Shown piece by piece: positions 9,307 to 19,213 of a stretch of 64,000 nucleotides of DNA (position 1 is the stretch's first letter; the number at the start of each line of letters is the position of its first letter). The translations under genes and the position numbers were made by a program. This DNA comes from Vicinamibacterales bacterium (lineage in GTDB: Bacteria; Acidobacteriota; Vicinamibacteria; Vicinamibacterales; UBA2999): contig DATJEU010000006.1 in NCBI GenBank assembly GCA_035496255.1, positions 10,254 to 74,253 on the forward strand. The letters run 5' to 3'. The notes beneath the pieces were generated by a model. The model was not told the DNA's origin. It saw only the letters and a program-made list of their open reading frames with translations, and searched no databases.

Positions 9307-10580
9307 GCATCGCACAGGCCGGCCTGAATCCCGTTCGCGCCGTTCTGGCGAACGGCGTGCGGGTGATCGCGAAGCAGGCGCGGGTGACGCCGGCCGTGAC
9401 GATCCACGTCGCCGTGCACGGCGGCACGGTTGCCGATCCGCCGGGCCTTCCCGGTGTCGCGTACTTCCTGTCGCGGATGATCGATCGTGGCACCGCATCG
9501 CTCACCGCCGACCAGATCGCGGAATCGCTCGAGAGCCGCGGCGTATCGCTGGCGGTCAACGTCACGAAGCATTCGCTGTCGCTCGTCTCGACCTGCCTCG
9601 TCGAAGACTTCACCGACGTGCTCGGCATCGTCGCCGACTGCTTGATGCATCCCGTGTTTCCCGAGGCGGAGATCGTCACGCGGCGCGGCGAGATGATCAC
9701 GTTCATCCGTCAGGATGATGACAATCCCGCGGCCGTCGCGATGAACGGGCTGATGGAGTTGCTCTATGGCAACGGGCATCCCTACGGGTGGCCGACGCGC
9801 GGGACCGTCGCCAGCGCCGGGCAAATCGGTCGGGCCGAACTGATCGACTTCCACAGCCGCCGCGCAACCCCGGCATCGACTGTCATCGCGATTGTTGGCG
9901 ACGTCGATCCGGCGGCGGCGACCGGGGCGTGCGCCGACGCCTTCGGGGTATGGCCCTCGGGTCCGCCGACCCCCGTCGCTCTTCCCGAGCCGGCTCCGTC
10001 ATCGTCACGGCGCGGACGGGTGCTGCCGATGATGAGCAAGGCGCAGGCCGATATTACCTACGGCTTCACGTCCATCCGTCGCCATGACCCGGAGTACTAC
10101 GCGTACTGGCTGATGAACAACATCTTCGGCCAGTACTCGCTCGGCGGGCGTCTCGGGGACAACATCCGCGAGCGGCAGGGAATGGCGTACTACATCATGA
10201 GCGCCCTCGACGCCACCGTGATTGCCGGTCCGCTGGTCGTTCGCGCCGGCGTGGCGACCACCAACGTCGAGCGCGCGATCGCCGCGATCGATGACGAGGT
10301 TCGGACGCTGGCGGCAGAAGGCCCGACCGAGAAGGAATTGCGGGAGTCAAAGCAGTACCTGATCGGGTCACTGCCGCGCACGCTCGAAACGAATCTCGGG
10401 ATTGCCGGGTTCCTGCAGACGGCCGAGTTCTTCGGTCTCGGCCTCGACTACGACCAGCGTCTGCCATCGCTGCTGCAGGCGGTCACGCGCGATGACGTGC
10501 ACGCTGCCGCCCGCCGGACTCTCGATCCCTCTCGCGCTACCGTCGTCGTCGCCGGTCCGTACGACCGCACGCCGGCATGA
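9303..10580 (+). CDS. M16-family peptidase, non-catalytic partner
   Basis: Same family fold, but the zinc-motif position reads YFLSRMIDRGT (no HxxEH). GTGA overlap with the upstream M16 gene. Confidence 0.8.
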   Translation: MSIAQAGLNPVRAVLANGVRVIAKQARVTPAVTIHVAVHGGTVADPPGLPGVAYFLSRMIDRGTASLTADQIAESLESRGVSLAVNVTKHSLSLVSTCLVEDFTDVLGIVADCLMHPVFPEAEIVTRRGEMITFIRQDDDNPAAVAMNGLMELLYGNGHPYGWPTRGTVASAGQIGRAELIDFHSRRATPASTVIAIVGDVDPAAATGACADAFGVWPSGPPTPVALPEPAPSSSRRGRVLPMMSKAQADITYGFTSIRRHDPEYYAYWLMNNIFGQYSLGGRLGDNIRERQGMAYYIMSALDATVIAGPLVVRAGVATTNVERAIAAIDDEVRTLAAEGPTEKELRESKQYLIGSLPRTLETNLGIAGFLQTAEFFGLGLDYDQRLPSLLQAVTRDDVHAAARRTLDPSRATVVVAGPYDRTPA

Positions 10581-11278
10581 TCAAGGCCGTCTTTTTCGAC
10601 GTCGATTTCACACTGATCTATCCCGGTCCGACGTTCCAGGGCGAGGGCTACGCCCGCTTCGGCCGCGAGCACGGCATGACGCTCGATCCCGCGCGCTTCG
10701 ACGCCGCCGTGCGAGCGGCGTCGTCTGTTCTCGAACAGCAGCAGGAGCACATCTACGACGCCGAAATCTTCGTGCGCTACACGGGACGAATCATCGCGGC
10801 GATGGGCGGCCGCGGGCCGGGGGTGCGTGAATGCGCCGCGCGCGTGTACGACGAGTGGGCGGCGAATCGCCATTTCTTCCTCTACGACGATGTTGCGCCG
10901 GCCTTGCGGACGCTTGCGGCGCGAGGCCTGAAGCTGGGGCTGATCTCGAACTCACATCGGCCGCTCGAAGAATTCCAGACGCACTTCGAACTGCAAGGCC
11001 TGATTGCCGCAGCGGTATCCTCGTCGGCGCACGGGTATATGAAGCCGCATCCGAGCATCTTCCAATCTGCATTGGAGCTGCTTGGCGTCGATGCCGTCGA
11101 GGCGGTGATGGTCGGCGACAGTGTGCCGCACGATATCGAAGGCGCCCGACGTGCCGGGATGCGAGGCGTGCTGGTGCACCGTGCTGATACGCCGCCACCG
11201 GTGACGGATGTGACCGTCGTGCGCAGCTTGGTGGAATTGCCGGGTTGTCTCGAGAAGACGCGGAGCGGATCTGGTTAG
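10577..11278 (+). CDS. HAD-superfamily hydrolase
   Basis: Motif I FFDVDFTL (DxDxT) and C-terminal VGDSVPHDIEGA (motif IV). ATGA overlap with the upstream gene. Confidence 0.8.
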   Translation: MIKAVFFDVDFTLIYPGPTFQGEGYARFGREHGMTLDPARFDAAVRAASSVLEQQQEHIYDAEIFVRYTGRIIAAMGGRGPGVRECAARVYDEWAANRHFFLYDDVAPALRTLAARGLKLGLISNSHRPLEEFQTHFELQGLIAAAVSSSAHGYMKPHPSIFQSALELLGVDAVEAVMVGDSVPHDIEGARRAGMRGVLVHRADTPPPVTDVTVVRSLVELPGCLEKTRSGSG

Positions 11279-11287
11279 GTCCGCTCC

Positions 11288-11342
11288 GGCGAGCCTGATA
11301 AGGCTCGCCGTCGTAATTTGAAGGCCGACCTGAAGGTCGGCC
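11288..11342. terminator. Two GC hairpins between convergent genes (likely terminators, one per strand)
   Basis: GGCGAGCC-tgataa-GGCTCGCC (11288-11309) and GGCCGACC-tgaa-GGTCGGCC (11323-11342). Each is followed by a short A/T-rich run on the relevant strand. Confidence 0.45.
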
Positions 11343-11369
11343 CCTATGAAATCGCGACGGCGTCGTCGC

Positions 11370-13886
11370 CTAGTCAGCGCGCAACGCTTCCGTGGGACTG
11401 ACCGTGGCGGCGCGGCGAGCCGGCAGCCAGCACGCGGCGATGGCAACGGTGAAGAGCGTGGTGCTTGCGCCGGCGAAAACCGCGGGATCTCGAGGCCCGA
11501 CTCCGTACAGCAGCGACGCGAGCACCCGCGAGCCGGCCAGCGCGATCGCTATGCCGGCTGCGATCCCGGCAAACGTCACGGCAGCGCCCTGGCGGACGAT
11601 CATCGCGACCACTGCCTGAGGTGCTGCACCGAGCGCCAGCCGGACGCCGATCTCATTTCGGCGCTGGCTCACCACGAAGGCGACGACGCCGTAAATGCCT
11701 ACGAGCCCGATCCCCAGGGCGACGCCGGCCGCGATCAGCAGGAGGGTCATTGTGAACGCCATCTGGGTGAACCCACCATCGACGATCCGCTGCAGCGGCT
11801 GTACCTGGGCCAGTGCCAGGGTACGATCCGCAGCCTGCACGGCGCCGTAGACGGCCGGGGTCAATGCGGCAATCGGCACCCGCGAACGGACAACGTACGT
11901 CATGGCGCTGATCGGTGGCCCCAACATCGCCTTTGCGGGGATGTCCGGGCCGCCGGCCAACGACATCGGCATGTAGATGGTCGGCACCGGAGTGGTCTCC
12001 GTCAGCGATTGGTTGGGCGTGTTGGAGACGACGCCGACTATGGTCAGCCACGGTGGTGCCCCGTCCCACACGAAGGCGCCGTTGTTGCGTTGCGCGCCGG
12101 CCGGCGGCGGCGCGTTGGATCGCAATTGCTGCCCGATGGCCTCATCACCGCCGAGCCCTGATTTGACGAATGCCTGATTGACCAACACGTTCGGCCGACC
12201 GGCGTCGACATCGGCACGGGCGAGGTCTCGCCCGTCGACGAGGCGCATCTGCATGGCAGTGACGAACCCTTCGGAGACTGCACAGATGCGGGCGAAGGGG
12301 GGGACTGTACCGCTCTGGACCGAACGGCCTCGCACCAGGACGGTGTTGCCGAAGCAGGCGTCGACCAGCGGCAGGCCGGTAGAGGCCGACACCGCCTCGA
12401 CGCCTGGCAGTTCCGCGAGCCGTTGCAGAATCGTGCGATGCGCGGTGACGGCCGCGGCACGTGATGGGTAGTCCCGCAGAGGTAATCCGAGGCGGAACGT
12501 CAATGCGGACGCCGGGTTGAACCCGAGATCGATGACTCTGAGCCGACGGAAGCTTTGCAGCATCAGCATTGCGGCCACGATCAGCACCAGCGCCGTCGCG
12601 ACCTGTCCGCCCATCAGCAGTTGGCGCATTCGCTGGCGCTGACGCGTCGCCGTTTGCCCTCGCGCGGCCTCATGAAGGCCTTCAACGATGCTTCCGGTCC
12701 GGCGCAGTGCGGTCGCTCCGCAAGCGATGGCGACGATGACACTGAGTGCCGCCGTAAAGACCACGGTCGATTCGTCAAGCTGGATTTCCTGGAGGCGGGG
12801 AAGGGCGGGCCCATAGGCGACCAGCGCCCGCAGCGTGCCCCAGGCGACAGCGATGCCGCCAAGCGCGCCGCCCGACGCCAGCATTGCGCTCTCGGCCAGA
12901 AACAGACCGGCGATTCGCGCCGCCCCCGCGCCGACGGCGCGGCGTACTGCGACCTCGCGATCGCGCGCATTCGCGCGCACGAGGCAGAGGTTGGCAATGT
13001 TCGCACACGCCACCACCAGCAGCAGTCCCATCGCTGCCAGCAGGATCCACAGGCTGCGGGCAATCGACCCGACCGTCACGTCCTTGAGCGGGACGGCGAC
13101 GGATCGAAGCCCTCCGCGTTCCATATTTGCCAGCACCGACTGATCGCCGCGATATACGTTCGGCAGATCGGTGATGAGCCCGTTCAGTTCGGTCCGGGCG
13201 TCATCGACAGTCATGGCGTCGCGGAGCCTCGCCACCCCGTCGTAGCCGAAGGGAACGTTGAATCCCATCGCGCGAGACACCCGCGCTGGTACCCAGGCGT
13301 CAATCCGTGGATTCGAAAAGGCGAAGGCCGGCGCCATGATGCCGATGACCTGCGTCGCCACCCCGTCGAGCACGATGCTTCGACCAAGAATCGCGGGACT
13401 CTGGCCAAAACGGCGTACCCACAGCCCGTGCGAGAGCACGGCGACGGCAGGTCCGCCAACGGCGGCTTCTTGTTCGGAAAACCATCGCCCAATCGCTGGT
13501 CTCACGCGCAGGACCTGCGGCAGTGTCGCTGTAGCCGACTCGACGTCGATGCGTTCGGGCTCGCCGCCGCTGATGATCGTGGACTCTCCATCACGGACGA
13601 TCGCGACGCTGTCGAGCGTCCGCGCCCGCTGGTACTGGTAATAGAGTCCCGAAGTCATGCCGATGCCTGAGGAGAGGTGAAGCACCGCACTGCCGTGGTC
13701 GAGGGACAGCAACCGATCGGAATCGGGATAGGGGAGCGGATTCAGGACGACGCGGTGAACGATCGCGAAGATCGTCGCGTTCGCGCCGAGGGCAAGCGTC
13801 AGCGTGAGGACGGCGGCGGTCGCGAAGATCGGCGCGCGTCCGAGCCGTCGCAAGGCTTGACGGAACTCACTGGCCAGATGGCGCAT
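11370..13886 (-). CDS. ADOP-type (MacB/FtsX-like) duplicated orphan permease
   Basis: N-terminus MRHLASEFRQALRRLGRAPIFATAAVLTLTLALGANATIF plus two FtsX-like TM blocks with large periplasmic domains. Start taken at the Met of MRHL; the track ORF extends to 13949. Confidence 0.85.
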   Translation of the reverse strand: MRHLASEFRQALRRLGRAPIFATAAVLTLTLALGANATIFAIVHRVVLNPLPYPDSDRLLSLDHGSAVLHLSSGIGMTSGLYYQYQRARTLDSVAIVRDGESTIISGGEPERIDVESATATLPQVLRVRPAIGRWFSEQEAAVGGPAVAVLSHGLWVRRFGQSPAILGRSIVLDGVATQVIGIMAPAFAFSNPRIDAWVPARVSRAMGFNVPFGYDGVARLRDAMTVDDARTELNGLITDLPNVYRGDQSVLANMERGGLRSVAVPLKDVTVGSIARSLWILLAAMGLLLVVACANIANLCLVRANARDREVAVRRAVGAGAARIAGLFLAESAMLASGGALGGIAVAWGTLRALVAYGPALPRLQEIQLDESTVVFTAALSVIVAIACGATALRRTGSIVEGLHEAARGQTATRQRQRMRQLLMGGQVATALVLIVAAMLMLQSFRRLRVIDLGFNPASALTFRLGLPLRDYPSRAAAVTAHRTILQRLAELPGVEAVSASTGLPLVDACFGNTVLVRGRSVQSGTVPPFARICAVSEGFVTAMQMRLVDGRDLARADVDAGRPNVLVNQAFVKSGLGGDEAIGQQLRSNAPPPAGAQRNNGAFVWDGAPPWLTIVGVVSNTPNQSLTETTPVPTIYMPMSLAGGPDIPAKAMLGPPISAMTYVVRSRVPIAALTPAVYGAVQAADRTLALAQVQPLQRIVDGGFTQMAFTMTLLLIAAGVALGIGLVGIYGVVAFVVSQRRNEIGVRLALGAAPQAVVAMIVRQGAAVTFAGIAAGIAIALAGSRVLASLLYGVGPRDPAVFAGASTTLFTVAIAACWLPARRAATVSPTEALRAD

Positions 13887-14021
13887 GCCTGCTGTTGTCC
13901 AAACCAGGTGCCACGATTCGGGGCGAAATGCCGGCTGTTTTCCGTTCATGTCGGTTCGGAGCGACGCGGGTTGTTCGCCGGTGGGACGCCGATGGCCGGC
14001 TACGGACAGCGCGTGGCGAGC

Positions 14022-14366
14022 TTATCCCGGCGGCCAGGCCAGGCGGCGACCGGCCAGCAGGTGCAGGTGGATGTGGAACACGGACTGGCCGGCACCCGGA
14101 TTCGTGTTGAACACCGTGCGGTAGCCGCGCCCGTCATAGCCATGCTGCTTCGCGAGTGCCGCGGCAACGCGATGCAGTTTGCCGACGAGTTCATCGTCCT
14201 GCGGCTGCAGGTCGTTCAACGTCGCAATGTGCCGGCGCGGCACGATCAGCACGTGCAGCGGCGCCTGCGGGTCGATGTCCTTGAACGCGACGACGTCGTC
14301 ATCCTGGTGCACGATGCCGCCGGGGATTTCGCCTGCGATGATCTGGCAGAACAGACAGTTGCCCAT
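14022..14366 (-). CDS. HIT-family (histidine triad) nucleotide hydrolase
   Basis: 114 aa. CLFCQI N-terminus and the histidine triad HIHLHLL. Confidence 0.9.
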   Translation of the reverse strand: MGNCLFCQIIAGEIPGGIVHQDDDVVAFKDIDPQAPLHVLIVPRRHIATLNDLQPQDDELVGKLHRVAAALAKQHGYDGRGYRTVFNTNPGAGQSVFHIHLHLLAGRRLAWPPG

Positions 14367-14391
14367 GCGTCTTTGCCTGCTGAAGGCGGCC

Positions 14392-15252
14392 CTACGTTGA
14401 CCCGGGCCTTCGCTGAATGATAGCGGTCCGCGCGAGCCCCTGTAGATCGGCGCGGAATCGTTCGAAACGCAGCGTCGGTCGGGCGTCGACCAGCGCGCGC
14501 ACGTCGTCTTCCTGGCCGAACCCGAATTCCATCACCAGCCAGCCGCCCGGTCGCAGTTTCACGCTCGCGGTGTCGAGCACGCCGGCGATGTCGCGCAGTC
14601 CGCTGTCGCCGCCGAAGAGCGCCACCTCGGGTTCATGGCGAACCGGCCGTCCGAGCGCCTCGCGATCACGATCCCGCACGTACGGCGGGTTGGCGCCAAT
14701 CAGGTCGAAGTCCTGTTCAACGCCGCCGAGATACGACGCGGCGACGAACTCGATCCGATCGGCCACGCCATGACGCTCCGCGTTCGTGAGGGCAACGGCG
14801 AGTGCGTCGCCGGATACGTCCGTCGCGATCACATGCGCATCCTGCCGCTCGTGCGCGAGGGCGACGGCGATATTGCCGCTGCCTGTCCCGATGTCCGCAA
14901 TCCGTGGACCCGCGATCGGCTGTAGCAGCGCCAGCGACTCCTCGACGATGAACTCGGTTTCGGGCCTCGGGATCAGGACGGCGGGGGTGACGGCGAAGTC
15001 GAGGCCCCAGAACTCGCGCGACCCGGTGATGTAGGCGCTCGGTTCGTGGCGCGTACGGCGCTCGACGAATTGGCTGAACCTGGGCTCGAGTTGCGGCGGC
15101 GGTGGCGATCGATGCTCGGCGAGCAGATGCGCGCGATCCCAGCCGAGGATCGTCCGTGCGTAAAGGTCGACGTCAATCGCGGCCTCGTCAGGCGCAATCC
15201 CGGCCGCGACGAGCCGATTGCGTGCGGCGGTCAGGAGCTCCTGCAGCGTCAC
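14392..15252 (-). CDS. prmC: Release-factor glutamine N5-methyltransferase
   Basis: SAM motif DIGTGSG and NPPY motif GANPPYV. GTGA overlap with the prfA stop. Confidence 0.9.
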   Translation of the reverse strand: MTLQELLTAARNRLVAAGIAPDEAAIDVDLYARTILGWDRAHLLAEHRSPPPPQLEPRFSQFVERRTRHEPSAYITGSREFWGLDFAVTPAVLIPRPETEFIVEESLALLQPIAGPRIADIGTGSGNIAVALAHERQDAHVIATDVSGDALAVALTNAERHGVADRIEFVAASYLGGVEQDFDLIGANPPYVRDRDREALGRPVRHEPEVALFGGDSGLRDIAGVLDTASVKLRPGGWLVMEFGFGQEDDVRALVDARPTLRFERFRADLQGLARTAIIQRRPGST

Positions 15253-16331
15253 TGCGGGGAGTCGTCCTGCGTCGCTTCCTTCAGCTTCTCGGCGTTGTAG
15301 TACGCCGTGACCTGGTCGAGCAGTTCGCCTACGTCTCCTTCGAGCACGTCGGTCAGCCGGTGCGTCGTGAAGTTGATCCGGTGGTCGGTGATGCGGCTTT
15401 GCGGGAAGTTGTAGGTCCGGATCTTCTCGGAGCGTTCGCCGGTGCCCACCTGGCTCTTGCGATCCTTCGCGATCGCCTCCTGCTGCTTGCGCATTTCCAT
15501 TTCGTAGAGGCGGGCGCGCAGCACCTTCATGGCCTTCGCGCGATTCTTGATCTGCGACTTCTCGTCCTGCTGCGAAACGACCACGCCGGTTGGAATGTGT
15601 GTGAGGCGCACCGCCGAGTAGGTGGTATTGACGCTCTGCCCGCCGGGGCCGCTGGAGCAGAACGTGTCGATGCGCAGATCCTTGTCGTTGATCTGAATGT
15701 CGACCTCCTCGGCTTCGGGAAGCACCGCGACGGTCGCCGTCGACGTGTGGATGCGGCCGCTCGCTTCGGTCGCCGGCACACGCTGCACGCGGTGCACGCC
15801 GCTTTCGTACTTCAGGCGGCTGTAAACACCGCGGCCGGAGATCGACGCGATCACTTCCTTCAGCCCCCCGGATGGACTGTCGCTGGACGACATCACTTCC
15901 AGCCTCCAGCCATGGCTCTCCGCGTATCGCTGATACATGCGGAACAGGTCGGCGGCGAACAGCGCCGCTTCGTCACCGCCGGTGCCGGCGCGGATCTCCA
16001 GCAGGACGTTCTTCTCGTCGTTGGGGTCTTTCGGCACGAGCAGGATCTTCAGCTCCTGCAGCAGCGACTCGCGTTTCTCCTGTAGTTCCGCGAGCTCCTC
16101 TTCCGCCAGCGCGCGCATGTCCGCATCGTCGCCGGCCAGCATTTCCTGCGCGCCGGCAATCGCCGTCTCGACACCCTTGTATTCACGGAACTTCTGGACG
16201 AGCGGTTCGAGATCGGACAGGGCTTTCGCGGCCCTCCGGTATTCGGACGGATCCGATTGCAGCTCGGTCGACCCGAGCTGCGACATCAGCCCTTCGTAAC
16301 GCGATTCAACGCTGGAGAGTTTGTCGAACAT
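15249..16331 (-). CDS. prfA: Peptide chain release factor 1
   Basis: 360 aa. GGQ motif (GPGGQSVNT) and the RF1-type PAT tripeptide in [14 protein letters not shown]. Confidence 0.96.
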   Translation of the reverse strand: MFDKLSSVESRYEGLMSQLGSTELQSDPSEYRRAAKALSDLEPLVQKFREYKGVETAIAGAQEMLAGDDADMRALAEEELAELQEKRESLLQELKILLVPKDPNDEKNVLLEIRAGTGGDEAALFAADLFRMYQRYAESHGWRLEVMSSSDSPSGGLKEVIASISGRGVYSRLKYESGVHRVQRVPATEASGRIHTSTATVAVLPEAEEVDIQINDKDLRIDTFCSSGPGGQSVNTTYSAVRLTHIPTGVVVSQQDEKSQIKNRAKAMKVLRARLYEMEMRKQQEAIAKDRKSQVGTGERSEKIRTYNFPQSRITDHRINFTTHRLTDVLEGDVGELLDQVTAYYNAEKLKEATQDDSPQ

Positions 16332-16348
16332 TTCCTGTCTGCTGCCAA

Positions 16349-16594
16349 TTATCCGCCGGACACCGGCGGCATGAATGCGACCTCGTCGCCCTCAGCCACG
16401 GGTGCGGACATCCTGGTGTAATCCGCGTTCACGGCCACGGACATCGTGCGTTCGTAGTCGCGCAACCCGGGCATGTCCTGCACGAGCGACTGCCATACCG
16501 ATTGGACGGTGGCCGGTGCCGTCACGTCCCGAACGAGCTCGCCTGACCCGGCCAGGTCGCGGAGCCGTGCAAACAGCCGGACGGTCACGCGCAC
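16349..16594 (-). CDS. moaD: MoaD/ThiS-type sulfur-carrier protein
   Basis: 81 aa ending in GG (MPPVSGG). Overlaps moaE. Confidence 0.8.
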   Translation of the reverse strand: MRVTVRLFARLRDLAGSGELVRDVTAPATVQSVWQSLVQDMPGLRDYERTMSVAVNADYTRMSAPVAEGDEVAFMPPVSGG

Positions 16595-17088
16595 GCCCCT
16601 CGACTCCTCTCAGGGCTGGCGATCCGTCGCGCCCACTCGCGCGCCTCCTGGTCGGTCGGATCGGCGGTGGCGCCCTCGAGCCACACGTCTCCACCTTCAA
16701 AGTGCTCGTGCTTCCAGATCGGCACGATCTGCTTGACGCGTTCGATCACGTATCGGCACGCCGCAAACGCGTCAGCGCGATGCGGCGATGCGGCGACGAT
16801 GATGATGCTGGCCTCGCCGATGTCGAGCCGTCCGATGCGATGGTGCACCGCCAGCCGCGCCGTTGGCCATGCCGAACGGGACTCGTCGAGGATCAGGTTC
16901 AAGGCACGAACGGCAAGCGGTTCGTACGCCTCGTACTCCAGGAACGAGACGCGCCGGCCCTGATTGTGATCACGGACGAGGCCGATGAACGAGGTGACCG
17001 CGCCATCCCCGACGGCACCCTGGCAGACCGCGTCCGTCAGCGCGGAAAGATCGAGGGGCTCTGGCGTGACGGCGACCAGCGGGGTCAT
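16585..17088 (-). CDS. moaE: Molybdopterin synthase catalytic subunit
   Basis: 167 aa with MoaE-like blocks FIGLVRDHNQGRRV...LEYEAY and PIWKHE. Paired with moaD. Confidence 0.85.
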   Translation of the reverse strand: MTPLVAVTPEPLDLSALTDAVCQGAVGDGAVTSFIGLVRDHNQGRRVSFLEYEAYEPLAVRALNLILDESRSAWPTARLAVHHRIGRLDIGEASIIIVAASPHRADAFAACRYVIERVKQIVPIWKHEHFEGGDVWLEGATADPTDQEAREWARRIASPERSRGACA

Positions 17089-17134
17089 TCAATGATTATC
17101 GCGCGGGATATCCCTGCAGGGCGGGCCTTGCTTT

Positions 17135-17920
17135 TCAGGCCCGCCAGAAATGATTCATCGGCCCATCGCCGTGCCCGAGGTGCGGCGCATGCCGGATGGC
17201 GCCCGCGACGTACTGCTGCGCCAGCGGAATCGCTTCAATCACGGATCGACCGAGCGCGAGGTGAGCGGTGATCGCTGACGCGAATGTGCACCCGGTGCCG
17301 TGTGTGTGGCGCCCGGCAACGCGCTCACCACGGAATTCGTGAAACGTGTGGCCGTCAAAGAGCAGATCCGAAATGCCGGGCGTGGCGAGGTGACCGCCGG
17401 TAATCAGCACGTTCGCCGCGCCGAGCGCGGCAAGGGCGCGAGCGGCCTCGCGGCGATCGGCTTCGGACTCGATCGCGAACCCCGCCAGCGCCGCGGCTTC
17501 GGTCACGTTCGGTGTGACGAGCAATGCGCGCGGCAGCAGTTCCGTCGTCAGCGCTGCCACCGCTTCATCGTCCAGCAGCCGGTCGCCGCTGCTCGCCACC
17601 ATCACGGGATCGATCACCAGGAGCGGGATCTCGAGATCGGCGACCGCAGCGGCCACCGCTTCGACGATGGCGGCGTTGGGAAGCATTCCCGTCTTCGCCG
17701 CGTGCACGCCAATGTCGGAAACGACCGCTTCAATCTGCGCGGTGACGAGATCGGCAGGAATCGCCTGAAACGTTGAAACACCGAGGGTGTTCTGCGCGGT
17801 AACCGCGGTGATGGCGGTCGTGCCGTACACCGCGTGCGCGCTGAACGTCTTGAGGTCGGCCTGGATGCCGGCGCCCGCGCCCGAATCGCTTCCGGCGATG
17901 GAGAGTGCGACGCGCGTCAG
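17135..17920 (-). CDS. thiD: Hydroxymethylpyrimidine/phosphomethylpyrimidine kinase
   Basis: The conserved N-terminal block [23 protein letters not shown] lies upstream of the first ATG/GTG/TTG (17830). The 5' end is therefore set at CTG 17920 (CTGA overlap with the bioY stop). The C-terminal [10 protein letters not shown] motif is present. Confidence 0.8.
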   Translation of the reverse strand: MTRVALSIAGSDSGAGAGIQADLKTFSAHAVYGTTAITAVTAQNTLGVSTFQAIPADLVTAQIEAVVSDIGVHAAKTGMLPNAAIVEAVAAAVADLEIPLLVIDPVMVASSGDRLLDDEAVAALTTELLPRALLVTPNVTEAAALAGFAIESEADRREAARALAALGAANVLITGGHLATPGISDLLFDGHTFHEFRGERVAGRHTHGTGCTFASAITAHLALGRSVIEAIPLAQQYVAGAIRHAPHLGHGDGPMNHFWRA

Positions 17921-18528
17921 TGAGCTCTTCCCACCAGGCGCCAGAGGCCGGGCACGATCGCGGCCGCGAACAGGAGCTTGGTGACGTCGGCGAGGACGAA
18001 AGGTGCGACGCCGGCCACGAACGCGGCGCGCAGGCCGGTCGCGGCGGACGCGTCGTTGACGCGAGCGAAGAGTCCCAGCCAGCTCACACCGCAGGCGTAG
18101 ACGATCGCGAGCCCGGCAACCATCGCCATCACCGACGTGACGTATCGGCGATCGAAGCCGCGCTCGGCGAGGTAACCGACGGCGAACGCCGCGACCGGGT
18201 ACGACATCAGGTATCCGCCGGTCGGCCCGAGCAGGCGCAGCGCGCCTGGCGGCAGTGTCGGCGAGGCGGCGAACACTGGAAGGCCGATGATCCCGAGCGC
18301 GAGATAGAGCACCTGACTGGTCGCGCCGAGCCGCGATCCGAGTGCCAGTCCCCCCAGCAGCACGACCATCGGCTGGAACGTGAACGGCACGGCTGTGAAC
18401 GGCAGCGGGATGCTGATTTGTGCCGCCGCGGCCGTGAGCGCGGTGATGAACAGCATCGAGACGAAACGGATCGCCGCGGTGTGATCGCGGCGCGCCGCCA
18501 CCGTGTGCAGCAGGGTCGACGAGGTCAT
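17917..18528 (-). CDS. bioY: BioY-family biotin transporter S-component
   Basis: About 6 TM. BioY-like blocks [18 protein letters not shown] and [11 protein letters not shown]. Start at the ATG of MTSSTLL; the track ORF has an Arg/Pro-rich extension. Confidence 0.8.
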   Translation of the reverse strand: MTSSTLLHTVAARRDHTAAIRFVSMLFITALTAAAAQISIPLPFTAVPFTFQPMVVLLGGLALGSRLGATSQVLYLALGIIGLPVFAASPTLPPGALRLLGPTGGYLMSYPVAAFAVGYLAERGFDRRYVTSVMAMVAGLAIVYACGVSWLGLFARVNDASAATGLRAAFVAGVAPFVLADVTKLLFAAAIVPGLWRLVGRAH

Positions 18529-18541
18529 GACCGGGATCTTA

Positions 18542-19213
18542 CTACCGGCCCAGAACGAGCAAGTACTGGTAGGGCAGGTTCTGGTGCGCGAGCACGCGCA
18601 GGCCGGCGGCGCGCGCATCGGCTTCGACGGCGGCGACGTCCACGCGCCCCTCATCAGGTCCGGGTCCGCCGTGTCCCGGCTTGTAGTTCACGACACCGAG
18701 TCGGCCCGCGGGCTTGAGCGCTGTCGCCAGGTTGTGGAGGAAGGTCACGCGATCGGCGACGTCGACTTCCGGATAGGTGTCGACGACGAGGACGGCGTCG
18801 AGGACGCCTTCCGGCAGATTCGGCGAACTGCCGACGCCGCGCCGTGTTTCGACGTTGCGCAGCCCTTCGCGACTGACGCGCCGGCGAATCGACTCGAGCA
18901 TCTCTGGCTGCACGTCCTGCGCATAGACCACGCCGTTCGGGCCGACGCGGTTCGCGAGATGAATCGTGAACCAGCCGGCGCCGGCACCGATGTCCGCCAC
19001 CTTCGAGCCCTCGGCGATGTTCAGGGCGTCCATGATCTCGTCCGGCTTCTGCCATTGGGCGCGGTCGGGCGCTTCGAGCGCACCGAGATCCTCGGGCCGA
19101 AAGAGTGGGCGATGTCCCTTGAGTGACTGCGCGCCCTGGTCCGCGCGCAGCAGACCACGGCACGGCACCGCCATGCATGCGACGAGCAGGCCGAGCAGCG
19201 TCCGTCGCGTCAC
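18542..19213 (-). CDS. Class I SAM-dependent methyltransferase with N-terminal twin-arginine-like signal
   Basis: SAM motif I VADIGAGAGWFT. N-terminus V-TRRTLLGLLVACMAVPCRGLLRA. Start GTG 19213 (GTGA overlap with the aspA stop). Confidence 0.75.
   Translation of the reverse strand: MTRRTLLGLLVACMAVPCRGLLRADQGAQSLKGHRPLFRPEDLGALEAPDRAQWQKPDEIMDALNIAEGSKVADIGAGAGWFTIHLANRVGPNGVVYAQDVQPEMLESIRRRVSREGLRNVETRRGVGSSPNLPEGVLDAVLVVDTYPEVDVADRVTFLHNLATALKPAGRLGVVNYKPGHGGPGPDEGRVDVAAVEADARAAGLRVLAHQNLPYQYLLVLGR

Noticed and set aside
12555-13670. 371-aa plus-strand ORF inside the ADOP permease gene
   Set aside because: It is antisense to a membrane-protein frame with clear FtsX-type TM blocks, and it has an Arg/Asp/His-rich composition.
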